Below are positions 19,180-32,049 of a stretch of 64,000 nt of DNA, piece after piece. The stretch is from Candidatus Latescibacterota bacterium (GTDB lineage: Bacteria; Latescibacterota; UBA2968): NCBI GenBank assembly GCA_965207885.1, contig OZ242311.1, forward strand, positions 2,336,001-2,400,000, in the 5' to 3' direction. The notes beneath the pieces are model-generated. The model did not search any database. It saw only the letters and a program-made list of their open reading frames with translations, and was not told the DNA's origin. Every line of letters begins with the position of its first letter. Within the stretch, counting starts at the first letter, position 1. Both the position numbers and the translations under genes were made by a program.

Positions 19180-20412
19180 CTATACCTCCAACAAGTTCTG
19201 GATAAATAGATCGTCAATGCCTATATCATTTTTTAAGAAAATTTTGATTTCATCACTATCTGCTGGCTTTGTTATTCTGGAAAATCCTTCATCGTCTCTC
19301 GTTATGAGCAAGAGATTCTCCAAATCCGCGTGTTTAACCATTTCTGGATTATGAGTTGTTGCCAGTATCTGTTTACTGCTCGATGCCTCCCTGAACATGT
19401 CCATCACCCTTGAGATTAAGTAAGGATGGACATTCCTTTCAGGTTCTTCTATGATGACTGCCTGTTTCTGCTGGAAGTAGAGCGTAATGATTAAAGCTAT
19501 AATATTGACAGTGCCATCAGAAATCAAAGAGGCTGGTAGCCCTTCCTTTTTAGCATACTTTTCATGTAGCCTGAAGAATATGGATTTATCTACTACCCTT
19601 TCCACATTTATATCGTGAATGAATGGCAAGATATCCCGAAGTAAATTGAGAAATCTTCGTCTATCTTCTTCTATCCTCATGATATTGTTCAGTACTATGG
19701 TGAGATTGCTACCATCCATCTCCAATTCTGACAGACCTGTAATGGGTACAGGTCTCTTGGATAATTTGGGTTCAAAGTCATAGATACCGATATTTCTAAA
19801 TCCATTCAAAGCTGATTGTAGGAACACACCAGCAAAAGGTGACTCAATCAAGAGTGGTATTTCATTATCCAAAGGCGGTTCCTTGGTAATTAACAGATCT
19901 TCCAAGAATGGAGGTATATCCATATCGGGATTATTTAAGTCTATATTTAGTTCGCCATTAAGACTGGAATATTTGATGTTAAATTTTTTTGAATTATTGG
20001 GTTTTTTTTCTTCATAACAGCTCAATGTTATTTTGTCTTGATCAATAGTATATCCAAATTTTCGTGTATGGAATTTTAAAGAAAACTCATAGTCTATTTT
20101 ACGAATTTTGAATGAAGGAGATTCCCGACGGTGCCCAATCCAAAAACCCTTAGATTCACCCTGCATAACTACGCGAAATGAAAGGGGCTGGGACTGTGTG
20201 ATCTTTATATTTTGTAGATACTCTACTCCACCCTGAAGTGAGATGGCATTTTCCAATCCGTGATTAACAATATCTCTCAAAAATTGGAAGGCTTGAACGA
20301 GGTTAGATTTTCCCGAGGCATTCGTTCCAACCAGTAAGTTGAAGTCGTTCAAGTGAATAGATTGGTTATCGAAACTCTTAAAGTTTGATATTTCAATTTT
20401 TGTAATTTTCAT
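19180..20412 (-). CDS. AAA_21/AAA_15 ABC-type ATPase
   Basis: NFKS, Walker A GTNASGKS, signature ISDGT, Walker B IIEEPE, THNP; low GC. Confidence 0.88.
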   Translation of the reverse strand: MKITKIEISNFKSFDNQSIHLNDFNLLVGTNASGKSNLVQAFQFLRDIVNHGLENAISLQGGVEYLQNIKITQSQPLSFRVVMQGESKGFWIGHRRESPSFKIRKIDYEFSLKFHTRKFGYTIDQDKITLSCYEEKKPNNSKKFNIKYSSLNGELNIDLNNPDMDIPPFLEDLLITKEPPLDNEIPLLIESPFAGVFLQSALNGFRNIGIYDFEPKLSKRPVPITGLSELEMDGSNLTIVLNNIMRIEEDRRRFLNLLRDILPFIHDINVERVVDKSIFFRLHEKYAKKEGLPASLISDGTVNIIALIITLYFQQKQAVIIEEPERNVHPYLISRVMDMFREASSSKQILATTHNPEMVKHADLENLLLITRDDEGFSRITKPADSDEIKIFLKNDIGIDDLFIQNLLEV

Positions 20413-20505
20413 ATTGGCAGCCTTGTAAGAATAGGCTTGATCTATTTTACCACACGGCCTTGTCCCTATCTGCGAAAAAGATTTTTACAGCAATATTTCG
20501 CTTGT

Positions 20506-21276
20506 CTATTGAACACAGCTTTTGAGGGTGCGGGCGAATAAGTCGAGGACCGCACCCCAGGATTTTTCGGCGGCGTCTTCGTGGTAGTGCGTTAAACGCT
20601 GGGGAAAGAAATAGCCGTGTAGCGCGCCGTGCATAAAGTCGATGCGATGTGGGACGTCACAGCGGGTGAGTTCGGTTTTGTAGAGTTGTAAGTGTTCTTC
20701 GGTCGCTCCGGCATCCTGATCTGCCCAGCCAAAGTAGCCTTCGGCTCTGAGTTTGGGTATGGCGAGATGGGGTGAGTCCAGTGCATCGGTGACGAGTTTG
20801 CCGCCGTGAATGGAGGCAAAGGCCAAAACGTGATCGGGATACGTTGCTGCTGCAAAGAGGGCGTGGCGGCCGCCCATACAGGTGCCGATAGTGCCGACCC
20901 GTTGGGCATTGGCTTGAGATTCTTCATTGTCGAGGTGGCGAAGCAGTGCGCCCGTGTCGTCGATGACCATGGCATTGGTCGTGCTGGTGTTGAGGTTCAT
21001 CGGGTGCAGGGGATCCGTTTTTTCGAGATTGAGACCGCCGATCATGAATTTTTCGGGGTTGTAAGACGGGTTGTCCATGCGATAAAATAGGGAGGGGAGT
21101 ACGGTGTAATATCCCGCGCGAGCAAAACGACGGCACATGTTTTTCAATTCGTCGCGAATGCCAAATATGTCAAAGTAGAAGATGACAGAGGGATGCGGTC
21201 CTTCGCCTTCTGGATGAAAGACATAGGCGGGCATTATACCGTCTGAAGTCGCAACTTCAATGGTTTTTTCAATCAT
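20506..21276 (-). CDS. Dienelactone hydrolase family protein
   Basis: DIFGIR, nucleophile GTCMGG, HGY; start MIEKTIEV at 21276. Confidence 0.88.
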   Translation of the reverse strand: MIEKTIEVATSDGIMPAYVFHPEGEGPHPSVIFYFDIFGIRDELKNMCRRFARAGYYTVLPSLFYRMDNPSYNPEKFMIGGLNLEKTDPLHPMNLNTSTTNAMVIDDTGALLRHLDNEESQANAQRVGTIGTCMGGRHALFAAATYPDHVLAFASIHGGKLVTDALDSPHLAIPKLRAEGYFGWADQDAGATEEHLQLYKTELTRCDVPHRIDFMHGALHGYFFPQRLTHYHEDAAEKSWGAVLDLFARTLKSCVQ

Positions 21277-21500
21277 CGCGTTTGTCCTTTTTATCCAAAA
21301 AGCCGCACAAAAGCGGCTTTGGTGTTGTGCTGTTGTGTCTCGGACACAAATATAGCCCTGAAACGTCCGCTTGTCTATTGAAAGTCTCACATGACGTATA
21401 TTTTTGCTGAAAAATTTTTTAGGATTATATTAGGGGTTTCATAAATCAAAAATCCACTTACTTATCGCGGCCAACGCCGCTTTATTTAGGAGAGTCGTTT

Positions 21501-23483
21501 ATGTTGAGCCGTATATTTGCAATTGCACTCGTCGCCGCTGCATTGTGGCACTGTGGTGGCGAGCGCGTCACCCAATCTCAGATTACAGATACTGGCGAAC
21601 CGGTCACAAGGCCCTTGAGCAAATTGGCTGCCGCCGGGCACGCCTTTGTGGTTCTTGCCACCGTGCAGCAAGACGATGCGCCCGTAAGCGGTGTGGTGGT
21701 CGAGCTTTCGCGTTCTGTTGCCGGGCGTGTGGCCGAGTATGAATGGTCTGCGACCACCAGCGACGAGGGACAGGCGCGGATAGAAATTACCTCAGACAGC
21801 GGGTATTATCAAGCCCGCGCCCTGCAAGATGGCAGCGAGATCGGGCATTGGTCGAGCATTCCGCTGAATGCCGGCTACGAGGTCAGGCTCGACTTGCCCA
21901 TTGGCGAGAGGGCACGCATCACGTCTTCTGAGCCACTGGAAACGACCCCCGCGGATGAAGCGGCTGCGGCACGGACGAGGGCCTTTTTGGAAGCGGCTAT
22001 AGCCCGCTACCAGCGCGATGGGCGGGAAGCCACGCTCGCCTACTACGATAGCAAGGAAAGCATTGAGGGCGATCTCGTGCTGCTTGTCATGGCCCAAGGC
22101 GACCACACCATCCTGGCGTTAGCTACATGGTCCGGGGGCGTAGGGTCTAATTGGGCTACCCACCCCCGTACCTCTTTTGGACAGCACATAGCGCGAGCGA
22201 CCGAAGATGGCTATTGGTTTAAGGAGGATAGATACAATATCCTCACCGGCCGGTTAGAACTGGGATGGTATCTCGCAATTTTGCACGATGGTCTCGTCTT
22301 TACAACTGCACATGTGATTTTACCCGATGAACTCGCTACCATTGCACAGGAATACGTGCAAGAGGCAATATCTTACTACAATAGCGAAGGCAGAGACGCA
22401 ACAGTTGCGTATTACAACTCACTGCCAAGCATTGACAAACAGTTCTACCTCTTCCTGATTGACGAAAACGACCTCTACATCGCACATCCAATTTTTCCCC
22501 ACCTCAAAGGCACGGACATCAAAGACGTGGTCGGCTCCAACGGCTACGAGTTGGGCAAGGAAATCGCCAAAGCCACCGAAGAAGGCCACTGGGTGCAATA
22601 TCTCTGGCCGAATCCCGTCACATATCGGGAAGAACCGAAAGCCGCTTGGGTTATCCGCTACGACGGTCTCATCTTCGCCTCTGGATACTACAACCCGGAT
22701 GATCAGACCGAGCGGCCCGCTTGGTACTATCAAGGTCCCGAAGATTACACGGTGGCATACGTGAACAAGGCGATAGCCCGTTATCAGCGCGATGGCCGCG
22801 AATCTATGATCACCTTCTACAACAGCGTGGGCAGCTTTGAGTATCAATGGTATCTCTTTGTGATTGACGAAAATGACTTCTACATCGTCCATCCCATCTT
22901 CTCCGAGCTCATCGGCACAGATATCAAAGACGTGGTCGGCTCCAACGGCTACGAGTTGGGCAAGGAAATCGCCAAAGCCACCGAAGAAGGCCACTGGATC
23001 GATTACCCTTGGCCGCATCCGCTTACCTTGCAAGAAGCCCCCAAAGCCGCGTACGCCATTCGCTACGACGGTCTCATCTTCGTCTCCGGATATTACAAGA
23101 ATCCCGAAGATATGGAGGCTCACACAATCGCGTACGTGGAAAGGGCGATAGAATACTACAAACGAGAGGGCCGCGATGCGACTGCGACGTACTACAATAG
23201 CCGGGAGAGCATCGATGGGCAGTGGTTCCTGACCCTGGTTGATGAAAACGACCTCATGCTCACGTATCCTATCTTGCCACACCTCATAGGGTCTGACGTC
23301 AAGGCTGGGAGATCGCCAACGGGCTACGAATTTGGCAAGGAAATCGCCAAAGCCACCGAGAAAGGGCAATGGGTCAAATTTCCGTACCCTCTCCGGTACA
23401 CTGCCGAAGACGATTTCTTAAACATCTGGTTCATCCGCTATGATGGTCTCATCTTCTCCTCGGGTTACTTATCGAGTGAGTAG
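21501..23483 (+). CDS. Putative lipoprotein with an Ig-like N-domain and four tandem single-Cache-like domains
   Basis: Lipobox-like LWHC; repeats of AI..Y...GR.A....Y / YLF.ID / HP / G..LGKEIAKATEEGHW..Y.W / RYDGLIF.SGY. Confidence 0.75.
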   Translation: MLSRIFAIALVAAALWHCGGERVTQSQITDTGEPVTRPLSKLAAAGHAFVVLATVQQDDAPVSGVVVELSRSVAGRVAEYEWSATTSDEGQARIEITSDSGYYQARALQDGSEIGHWSSIPLNAGYEVRLDLPIGERARITSSEPLETTPADEAAAARTRAFLEAAIARYQRDGREATLAYYDSKESIEGDLVLLVMAQGDHTILALATWSGGVGSNWATHPRTSFGQHIARATEDGYWFKEDRYNILTGRLELGWYLAILHDGLVFTTAHVILPDELATIAQEYVQEAISYYNSEGRDATVAYYNSLPSIDKQFYLFLIDENDLYIAHPIFPHLKGTDIKDVVGSNGYELGKEIAKATEEGHWVQYLWPNPVTYREEPKAAWVIRYDGLIFASGYYNPDDQTERPAWYYQGPEDYTVAYVNKAIARYQRDGRESMITFYNSVGSFEYQWYLFVIDENDFYIVHPIFSELIGTDIKDVVGSNGYELGKEIAKATEEGHWIDYPWPHPLTLQEAPKAAYAIRYDGLIFVSGYYKNPEDMEAHTIAYVERAIEYYKREGRDATATYYNSRESIDGQWFLTLVDENDLMLTYPILPHLIGSDVKAGRSPTGYEFGKEIAKATEKGQWVKFPYPLRYTAEDDFLNIWFIRYDGLIFSSGYLSSE

Positions 23484-23501
23484 ATAAGTGCCAAATACGC
23501 C

Positions 23502-23534
23502 AAAACGCCGTGCAGAAAAATTTGCACGGCGTTT
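23502..23534. terminator. Bidirectional intrinsic terminator
   Basis: AAACGCCGTGCA...TGCACGGCGTTT between convergent genes. Confidence 0.75.
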
Positions 23535-23587
23535 GTTTTTTAGCCGCGAAAAGATGCACTCGCGGCTTTTGTTATATGGCTATTGGA

Positions 23588-24004
23588 TCAACTCGAGATG
23601 ATGCCACCGCTTGGTGGACCGCCCGTTCCTGGAATGCCTCCCTGTCCGGGCGTACCACCGGGCATTGTACCGGGGACGACGATGCGAGAAGATTCCTGGC
23701 GGCGGTATTCTTTGGCTTCTTCAACCATTTGATCAACGGCGGCTTTGATGGCCTGGGGAAATTTTTCTATTGCTTCTTGAAGCGAAGCCGCTTCAATGGG
23801 GGCAGAGATTGGCAGAGGTCCCATTTGAGATATGATCTGTGTGGAGCCGATATATTGGGTGGGGCGGCTGATGTCGTCTGTGCCATCGGCGTTGATGGGA
23901 ATCAGGCGCCGAATTGTGGCGACGCGCAAATCGGTGATGGATTCTTCCCGATAGAGGTTTTGTTGATCAACCTGAATCTGATCGAGTGGCAACTGGTCGG
24001 CCAT
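23588..24004 (-). CDS. Hypothetical cytoplasmic protein, Gly/Pro-rich tail
   Basis: RBS GGAG upstream; NLYREESITDLRVATIRRLIP; plausible composition. Confidence 0.7.
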   Translation of the reverse strand: MADQLPLDQIQVDQQNLYREESITDLRVATIRRLIPINADGTDDISRPTQYIGSTQIISQMGPLPISAPIEAASLQEAIEKFPQAIKAAVDQMVEEAKEYRRQESSRIVVPGTMPGGTPGQGGIPGTGGPPSGGIISS

Positions 24005-24097
24005 GAGAGTCTCCAAAAAAAAGGTTACAGGTACGCCCCGCGAGGGGCAAAATGAATGTTGGCGTAAATATAGGGCAAGTTGTGCAAATACGCACTT

Positions 24098-25468
24098 TTA
24101 TTTTACTCTGTTAAGCCCGTTGAGCGCGGCAACGCGATAGGCTTCGGCCATTGTGGGATAGTTGAAGGTGGTGTTGATAAAGTACATGAGTGTATTGGCT
24201 TCACCTTCTTGCGCCATAATGGCTTGCCCAATGTGGATGATTTCAGATGCCTGAGAGCCGAAACAGTGAATGCCCAAAATTTCAAGGGTTTCGCGATGAA
24301 AGATAATTTTGAGCATGCCGGTGAGCCTTCCCGTTACCTGTGCCCGCGCGATATGGCGGAAGTAGGCGTGGCCCACTTCGTAGGGAACTTTTTGAGCTGT
24401 TAGTTCTTTTTCGGTAAATCCGATAGAACTGATTTCGGGAATGGTGTAAATCCCCGTGGGGATGTCTTCTACGAGGTGTTGTTCGCATTCGCCAAAGATG
24501 AGATGGGTGGCGGCAAACCGGCCCTGATCGTAAGCCGCACTCGCCAGACTGGGAAAACCGACGACATCGCCAACGGCATAAATGTGGGGTTGGGCGAGTG
24601 TCTGGTACGCGTCGTTGATGAGAATGGAGCCGCGTTCATCTGTCTCGATTCCGATATTTTCCAATCCCATGTTGTCCGAGTTTCCCGTACGGCCTTCCGC
24701 CCAGAGGAGAATATCGCTGACAATTTGTTTGTTGGATTTCAGAAATACGCGCGCTTCTCTGTCATTGGCTTCAACGCGGTCGTATTCTTCGTTGTGGCGA
24801 ATACGCACTCCGTTTTGGCTGAGATGATAACTGAGGGCGTCGATGATTTCGTCGTCGAGATAGGAGAGCAATTGGCTGCGGCTGTTGATGAGATTGACTT
24901 TTATGCGCAGGCCGCGAAATATGGATGCGTATTCGCAGCCGATTACCCCCGCGCCATAGATGGTGATGATGCGCGGTGTTTCTGTGAGGTCCAGGATGGA
25001 GTCGCTATCGCGAATCCGCGGATGGGAAAAGTCGATGTCGGGCGGTTGATAGGGACGAGATCCCGTGGCGATGATAAATCCCTGGGCTGTGTAGCGTTCG
25101 ATTCCTCCGTTGAGCAATGCGACTTCGACGGTGTGTTCATCGACAAAAGATGCGCGCCCCAGGATAATATCGACATCATTGCGTTCGTAATAGCCCGTGC
25201 GAAGGTCAACCTGATCCTCGATGAGGTCGGCGGCCCGGTCGAGCAATTCGGGAAAACTCGTTGTGCTATGTGTATTGGTATCGATGAGTTGTTGGACATA
25301 GTGGCGCAGTGCTTTGCTCGGTATTGTGGCTCTGTGCGTACTGTTGCCGCCCACATTTTTGAAATTGTCGATGACGGCAACGCGCTTGCCTTCCTTGGTG
25401 GATTTCATCGCCGCGCCTTCTCCGCCGGGGCCAGTGCCTATCACGATGATGTCGTAGTCGCAGGTCAT
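24098..25468 (-). CDS. sthA: Soluble pyridine nucleotide transhydrogenase
   Basis: [18 protein letters not shown] lacking redox cysteines, [35 protein letters not shown]. Confidence 0.95.
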   Translation of the reverse strand: MTCDYDIIVIGTGPGGEGAAMKSTKEGKRVAVIDNFKNVGGNSTHRATIPSKALRHYVQQLIDTNTHSTTSFPELLDRAADLIEDQVDLRTGYYERNDVDIILGRASFVDEHTVEVALLNGGIERYTAQGFIIATGSRPYQPPDIDFSHPRIRDSDSILDLTETPRIITIYGAGVIGCEYASIFRGLRIKVNLINSRSQLLSYLDDEIIDALSYHLSQNGVRIRHNEEYDRVEANDREARVFLKSNKQIVSDILLWAEGRTGNSDNMGLENIGIETDERGSILINDAYQTLAQPHIYAVGDVVGFPSLASAAYDQGRFAATHLIFGECEQHLVEDIPTGIYTIPEISSIGFTEKELTAQKVPYEVGHAYFRHIARAQVTGRLTGMLKIIFHRETLEILGIHCFGSQASEIIHIGQAIMAQEGEANTLMYFINTTFNYPTMAEAYRVAALNGLNRVK

Positions 25469-26220
25469 TTTGGATCCAGATATCCCAATTGCACGAGAAA
25501 ATCGTCCATTTGCGCGACGGTTTGTTCATAGGCTGAGCCATCGTCGCGGCCATAGTTGAAAAATCCGTGTCCTTTGCCTTCGTACGCGCAGAGTTCACAG
25601 GTATTGCCCGCTTTGTGCATGGCTTTTGTGAAGCGTTGGGCCTGTTCATAAGGGACGGTTGTGTCATCCGTGCCGTGAAAAATTATGGTGGGCGGCAGGT
25701 TGGAACAGACGTGTTGAAAAGGCGAGATTTCCCGCGGGTCTCTGGGAAAACGTTCGGCGAGGCGTTTTAGGCCAGCGACATCAACGACGGGGTTAAAGAG
25801 TACCATGGCATTGGGCCGGGAAGATATCGCCATATCCTCATCGGGCGCATCCTGGCCAGGAACAGTACCGGTACACGCGCCGACGTGACCGCCGGCTGAT
25901 CCACCACCCGAAGCGATGCGGTTGGGGTCAATGTTGAGTTTATCGGCATGTGTCCTCAGCCAGCGAACCGCTGATTTGCCGTCTTCTACACATTCATAAG
26001 GCGAGGTGTTGTGTTTGCTTTTGATGCGGTATTCAGCCGATGTAGCGAGCATTCCGCGTTTTGCGAGATACTGGCAGTGCGGAAAAAACTGTTGCGGATT
26101 GCCCCCCGTCCAGCCACCGCCAAAGAAGAATACAATAGCGGCTGTCTGTTCGTTAGTGTCGGGTTCAAAGATGTGAATGGCGAGTTCGCCCTGTGGGGTA
26201 GTTTTATATATGCGTTGCAT
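25465..26220 (-). CDS. Alpha/beta hydrolase (esterase)
   Basis: FFGGGW, GGSAGG, HGTDD and HGF motifs. Confidence 0.88.
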   Translation of the reverse strand: MQRIYKTTPQGELAIHIFEPDTNEQTAAIVFFFGGGWTGGNPQQFFPHCQYLAKRGMLATSAEYRIKSKHNTSPYECVEDGKSAVRWLRTHADKLNIDPNRIASGGGSAGGHVGACTGTVPGQDAPDEDMAISSRPNAMVLFNPVVDVAGLKRLAERFPRDPREISPFQHVCSNLPPTIIFHGTDDTTVPYEQAQRFTKAMHKAGNTCELCAYEGKGHGFFNYGRDDGSAYEQTVAQMDDFLVQLGYLDPK

Positions 26221-26234
26221 GGCTGATGTCCCTT

Positions 26235-27914
<1,680 letters not shown>

Positions 27915-27915
27915 G

Positions 27916-28623
27916 CTATTTCCCCGGGTTGTCTGATTCCCAACCGCCGAGTAATTTTTCGGCTTCTTCAAGTTGTTGCTTATCGTTAATTGGCAGCCAA
28001 AAATCAGCTTCGATCACTTTAATTTTTCGGCCAGATGCAATCAGTTTCATCCATACATCGGGCGTTTCGTATTCGCCGCGTGCGGATGGTGCGATTTCCG
28101 CGTCAAAGAAATCTCTGTCCATGACCATCGCGCCGTTCCAAACCAAATCTGAAATAAACGTTTGGGGCTTTTCGACTGACCGAAGGAGGTATCCGTTGTC
28201 ATCTGTCACCAGAACTCCAAAATGTTGAGGATGCGTCACTCGCGAGCTAATGAGAGAAAGGTCCTGCTGTTGGACGAGTTTCTGAAGGCCACGCGGTCCA
28301 AAAATATCATCGCCAACCATGCCCAGCCACCGCCCGGTGATTACAGGTGCAGCGACCCGAAATGCATGGGCGATACCCAATGGCTCTTCCTGAACGAGAA
28401 ATACAATGCGCCGCCCCCCATACATGCCATCAGAAAAGTGCTGGCGAATCGCCTCCTCGTGCGGTCCTCCTACAATGAATACGAGTTCGCGTACCTCGCA
28501 CGGCAATCGATCCAGTGCGTGCTCCACGACGGGCTTTCCCGCTATCGGCAATAAGTGCTTCGGTCCCTCATAATCCATCGCCATCCGCGTTCCCTTGCCG
28601 GCTAACAGCACAACTGCTTGCAT
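27916..28623 (-). CDS. Sugar-phosphate nucleotidyltransferase
   Basis: LLAGKGTRM, PKHLLPIAGKP, QEEPLG, VEKP and RGEYE motifs. Confidence 0.88.
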   Translation of the reverse strand: MQAVVLLAGKGTRMAMDYEGPKHLLPIAGKPVVEHALDRLPCEVRELVFIVGGPHEEAIRQHFSDGMYGGRRIVFLVQEEPLGIAHAFRVAAPVITGRWLGMVGDDIFGPRGLQKLVQQQDLSLISSRVTHPQHFGVLVTDDNGYLLRSVEKPQTFISDLVWNGAMVMDRDFFDAEIAPSARGEYETPDVWMKLIASGRKIKVIEADFWLPINDKQQLEEAEKLLGGWESDNPGK

Positions 28624-28647
28624 AAAGTCTCCTGACTACTGATGCTC

Positions 28648-29628
28648 TCAATGACTGTCCCGATAGTGTTGCTTGAGTATATCACTGCCAAAGTCATTGG
28701 TCAGGTCGCGCCAGACAGCGTGGATGTGATTGGCCTCGTCCTGGGTGCAGTCGTATTCGGCGAGGAAGGTGGATCCGAGTACGCGATAGTAGTGGCCTTC
28801 GCCGCGATTTGTGCCGCCAGCCCAGGCGAATGCGGCTGTATCGAGTGAGGTGAGGTTCGCACGCTGGGCTGCTGCTATTCTGTTGGGCAAGCGGGTGATA
28901 TATACATCGATGAGTGCAGTGACAACCTCGCGTTGTGATGCGGTCATGTCCTTGAGTTGCAGACCCTCAATTTGGACTTCTTCATTTACCTGGGGGACAT
29001 TGCGGGTGAGGATGTCGGCGGGTGCTTCGTCACTGATGATTGCCACTCTTTTTTGGTCGCTGTCCAGAGAGGCGAGTAAGTCGCGGGCGAGGTCTTCTTC
29101 TTCTTTGAGGGCGCGCAATCCCTCGTGTTCACCGTGTCGAACCTGTGCGGGATTGGAGCCGAAGAAGACGGGCGTAGGCGCGACGAGTGTGCCGTTGACA
29201 ATGGTGTAATTGACCGAGACGTGATGGCCTTCAAAACGCCAGCTCCAGGTGGTTTCACCATTGGGCGTGCCAAAGACTACGAGGTTGTAGAGATCTGGAT
29301 CGCGCGGGAATCGGCGTCTGGGACCTTCTACTTCGGCGAGTATGGGTTCCAGGTTGATGATTGTTCTGGCTTTGGTGCGCGCCTGTTCGCTCAGTCCGGT
29401 ATCGAGCAGAGCAAATGCTTTGTCTCGCTGATGCGCTTCCATGTCTTTGAGCGCGAGGCCCAATCGGTCGCGCGGGATGTAGTGCCAGTCCTGTCGTGCG
29501 TTTTCATCGCCAAAGCCCAGTTGCGCAGTCGCCGCCTGATCGGGACGTAGAGATGCTAAAAATGCCGTGGCAGCATCGGCCATGCGGTTGGCCGTGTCAA
29601 TCTGGGTATAAAGTTCTTCGAGGTTCAT
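28648..29628 (-). CDS. DUF3500 domain protein
   Basis: WHYIP, WRFEGHHVS, FFGSNP, HYYRV and NHIHAVWRD..NDFG motifs. Confidence 0.88.
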   Translation of the reverse strand: MNLEELYTQIDTANRMADAATAFLASLRPDQAATAQLGFGDENARQDWHYIPRDRLGLALKDMEAHQRDKAFALLDTGLSEQARTKARTIINLEPILAEVEGPRRRFPRDPDLYNLVVFGTPNGETTWSWRFEGHHVSVNYTIVNGTLVAPTPVFFGSNPAQVRHGEHEGLRALKEEEDLARDLLASLDSDQKRVAIISDEAPADILTRNVPQVNEEVQIEGLQLKDMTASQREVVTALIDVYITRLPNRIAAAQRANLTSLDTAAFAWAGGTNRGEGHYYRVLGSTFLAEYDCTQDEANHIHAVWRDLTNDFGSDILKQHYRDSH

Positions 29629-29668
29629 GTTCTCAACTCCTTGTGAATGTGGATGTTTCGATTGATTA

Positions 29669-30508
29669 TCACGGAGAATCTGACCGCTGTTTTCGACCCC
29701 CTAACGTGGCGCCACCATCGATGGTCAGTGCTTGTCCGGTGATATTTTTCCCTTTGTCGCTCGCCAAAAAGACGACCATGTGACCCACATCTTCGGGGGT
29801 TTGTTCGGTTCCTAAGGGCACGCTGTTGCGTATCACATCTTCAAAAATTTCTCTTGCGGTAAATCCCTTGTATGCCGGGTTGTTGTTTTTGATTTGAGAT
29901 GCGATCATTTCCCAGGCGCGCGTCCATAGGTAGCCGGGGCATATTGCGTTGACTCTAATCCCACGCCCTGCAAGTTGGCTGGCTAAAGTTCTGGTCAAAT
30001 GAATGACTCCGGCTTTGGCCGCACCGTAAGCGGGCATGGAAACGCTGGGCATTAGCGCGGCGATAGATGCGATGTTGATGATGCTGGATCCGCGGCCGAG
30101 ATGTGGAATGGCTGCTCTGGCGGAGACAAAGGCGGTCCGGAGATTGGTGTGTAGATGCGCGTCCCAATCGTCAACGGATAATTCCGTCAGTGGGATTTCC
30201 AGCGATGCTCTGGCCGCGTTTGTATCCGGTCCTCCAATGCCCGCGTTGTTGACGAGGATGTCGAGTGAGCCGAGTTCTGTAATAATTCGATCTGTTGCCG
30301 CGTGCATGGCGGTTTCATCGGATGCATCGGCTGATAGACCTATTGCAGGCGTTTTGAGCGTTTTTGCGGTTTTTTTCGCACCATCGCCATCCAGATCAGT
30401 AATGGCGATTTTAGCACCCGCATCCGATAGGTGTTGTGCGATGGCTGCTCCAATGCCCCGCGCAGCACCTGTTATGAGTGCAACTCGATTTTGTAATTCC
30501 AGACTCAC
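29669..30508 (-). CDS. Short-chain dehydrogenase/reductase
   Basis: TGAARGIG, NNAG and YGAAK; GTG start at 30508 overlaps the upstream stop. Confidence 0.92.
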   Translation of the reverse strand: MSLELQNRVALITGAARGIGAAIAQHLSDAGAKIAITDLDGDGAKKTAKTLKTPAIGLSADASDETAMHAATDRIITELGSLDILVNNAGIGGPDTNAARASLEIPLTELSVDDWDAHLHTNLRTAFVSARAAIPHLGRGSSIINIASIAALMPSVSMPAYGAAKAGVIHLTRTLASQLAGRGIRVNAICPGYLWTRAWEMIASQIKNNNPAYKGFTAREIFEDVIRNSVPLGTEQTPEDVGHMVVFLASDKGKNITGQALTIDGGATLGGRKQRSDSP

Positions 30509-31915
30509 GGTTGTTCCTTTTCTAATTCCAATCCGAGTGTTTTTCCTTTTTGCACGGCGGGAATGCCCGCGCTCATCCATACAGGTGCGGGGGCGTCTTT
30601 GAGATAGTGGTCAAAGAATTGTTGCAGACGGATGCTCCAGTCTTTGCGGTTGTGGTGTTTGCGAATGCCGTGGGCTTCTCCGTTGTAATTGACGAGCCAT
30701 GCGGGTTTGCCCAGGCGGCGCAGGGCGACAAAGAGTTCAATGCCCTGATACCAGGGTACTGCGCCGTCGTCGTCGTTGTGCAAGATGAGCAATGGCGTTT
30801 GAATTTTGTCTGCCCAGAAGATGGGGGAGTTTTCGATAAATCGCGTGGGTGCTTCCCAGAGCGAACCGCCGATGCGACTCTGGCTTTTTTCGTATTGCAT
30901 CATGCGACTCAGTCCCGAAGCCCAGCGAATGCCGCCGTATGCACTGATCATATTTGAGACGGGTGCGCCGGCTTCGGCTGCCCGAAATATATTGGTTCGG
31001 GTGATCATATAGGCGATTTGATAGCCGCCCCAACTGTGGCCCTGTACGCCAATTCGGTCGGGAGCGACAAATCCCCGATTTATGAGGTGCGTCACGCCAG
31101 AGACAACGGCGTTGACGGCACTTTCTCCGGGGAAGCCGACTTTGTAGGGGATGTCCGGAATAAAGATCAGATATCCGCGGCTGACGTAAAATGGGAAATT
31201 TATGGAGGCGCCAGAGGCTCTTGGCGATCGGTGGGCGTGTAGTTGATGGGACATTTTTTCATAGAAATAGACCAGCATGGGATATTTCTGAGCGGGGTCG
31301 AAATTTTCGGGTTTGTAGAGAATGCCCTGCAGGGGTTTGCCGTCGAGTGATACCCATTCGACGAGTTCGGCAGTGCCCCACAGGTAGTCTTTTTGTTGGG
31401 GATTGACTTCGCTTATTTTTCGCGCATTATGAAAATCGAGATCAGCGGTCCAGAGGTCGGGATATTCTTCAAAAGAGGATTGTCTGAAGAGGAGTACGTC
31501 GGTGTCTTTGGCTTTTTGGAGGTTGGAAAACCGTTTGTTGCGCGCGATGAGTTCAGCGGGTTTGTCCGTGCTTTCGATGCGATCCCGATAGTAGCCCATG
31601 GCTTTGGTTTTGAGATTGAAACCCGATAAGAGCAAATCGGCTTTGGGATCGCGTGCCCGTTCTTCGGGGTCGAGGCGTACATATCGAAAGCGCGTTTCGG
31701 TCTCGCGTCCAATCCCTTCAGTGATATTGACGGGTGCTTTGCGCCCGTTGGGATCGGTGAGCCAGATGTCGTAGCGGTCGTAAATGAGAAATTCTTTGTC
31801 GCCTTTTGTCCACCCGGCATTGCCATGTGCGCTGGGTGGATACGGCCAGTCGTGCAATTCGTTGTGAATGGGATGGGGGATATTTTTGCTGACTCTGACG
31901 CGGATCATATTTTTG
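30505..31915 (-). pseudogene. S9 prolyl oligopeptidase family, C-terminal fragment (IS-interrupted)
   Basis: GHSWGG nucleophile, DDGAV, EAHG; in frame with the 34682-36191 fragment after removing the IS and one TSD. Confidence 0.92.
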
Positions 31916-31950
31916 GGTAGTGTCTCAGTTTGAAAATTTGCGGTTTTCTG

Positions 31951-31980
31951 TTGACAGGGGTACGGTGCGTACTTTATTAT
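31951..31980 (+). promoter_or_regulatory. Putative sigma70 promoter for the 32050 ORF
   Basis: TTGACA-N18-TATTAT just inside the left TIR. Confidence 0.5.
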
Positions 31981-32049
31981 TCAACTTAACCCGCAGATTT
32001 CGTTCGTTCACAAGAGAAATACATTCAGGATTCAGGAGGGCAACCGACT

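Noticed and set aside
22518-22997. Template/variable repeat pair of a diversity-generating retroelement
   Set aside because: The copies are identical, in-frame domain repeats with no adenine-specific variation, and no reverse transcriptase is present.
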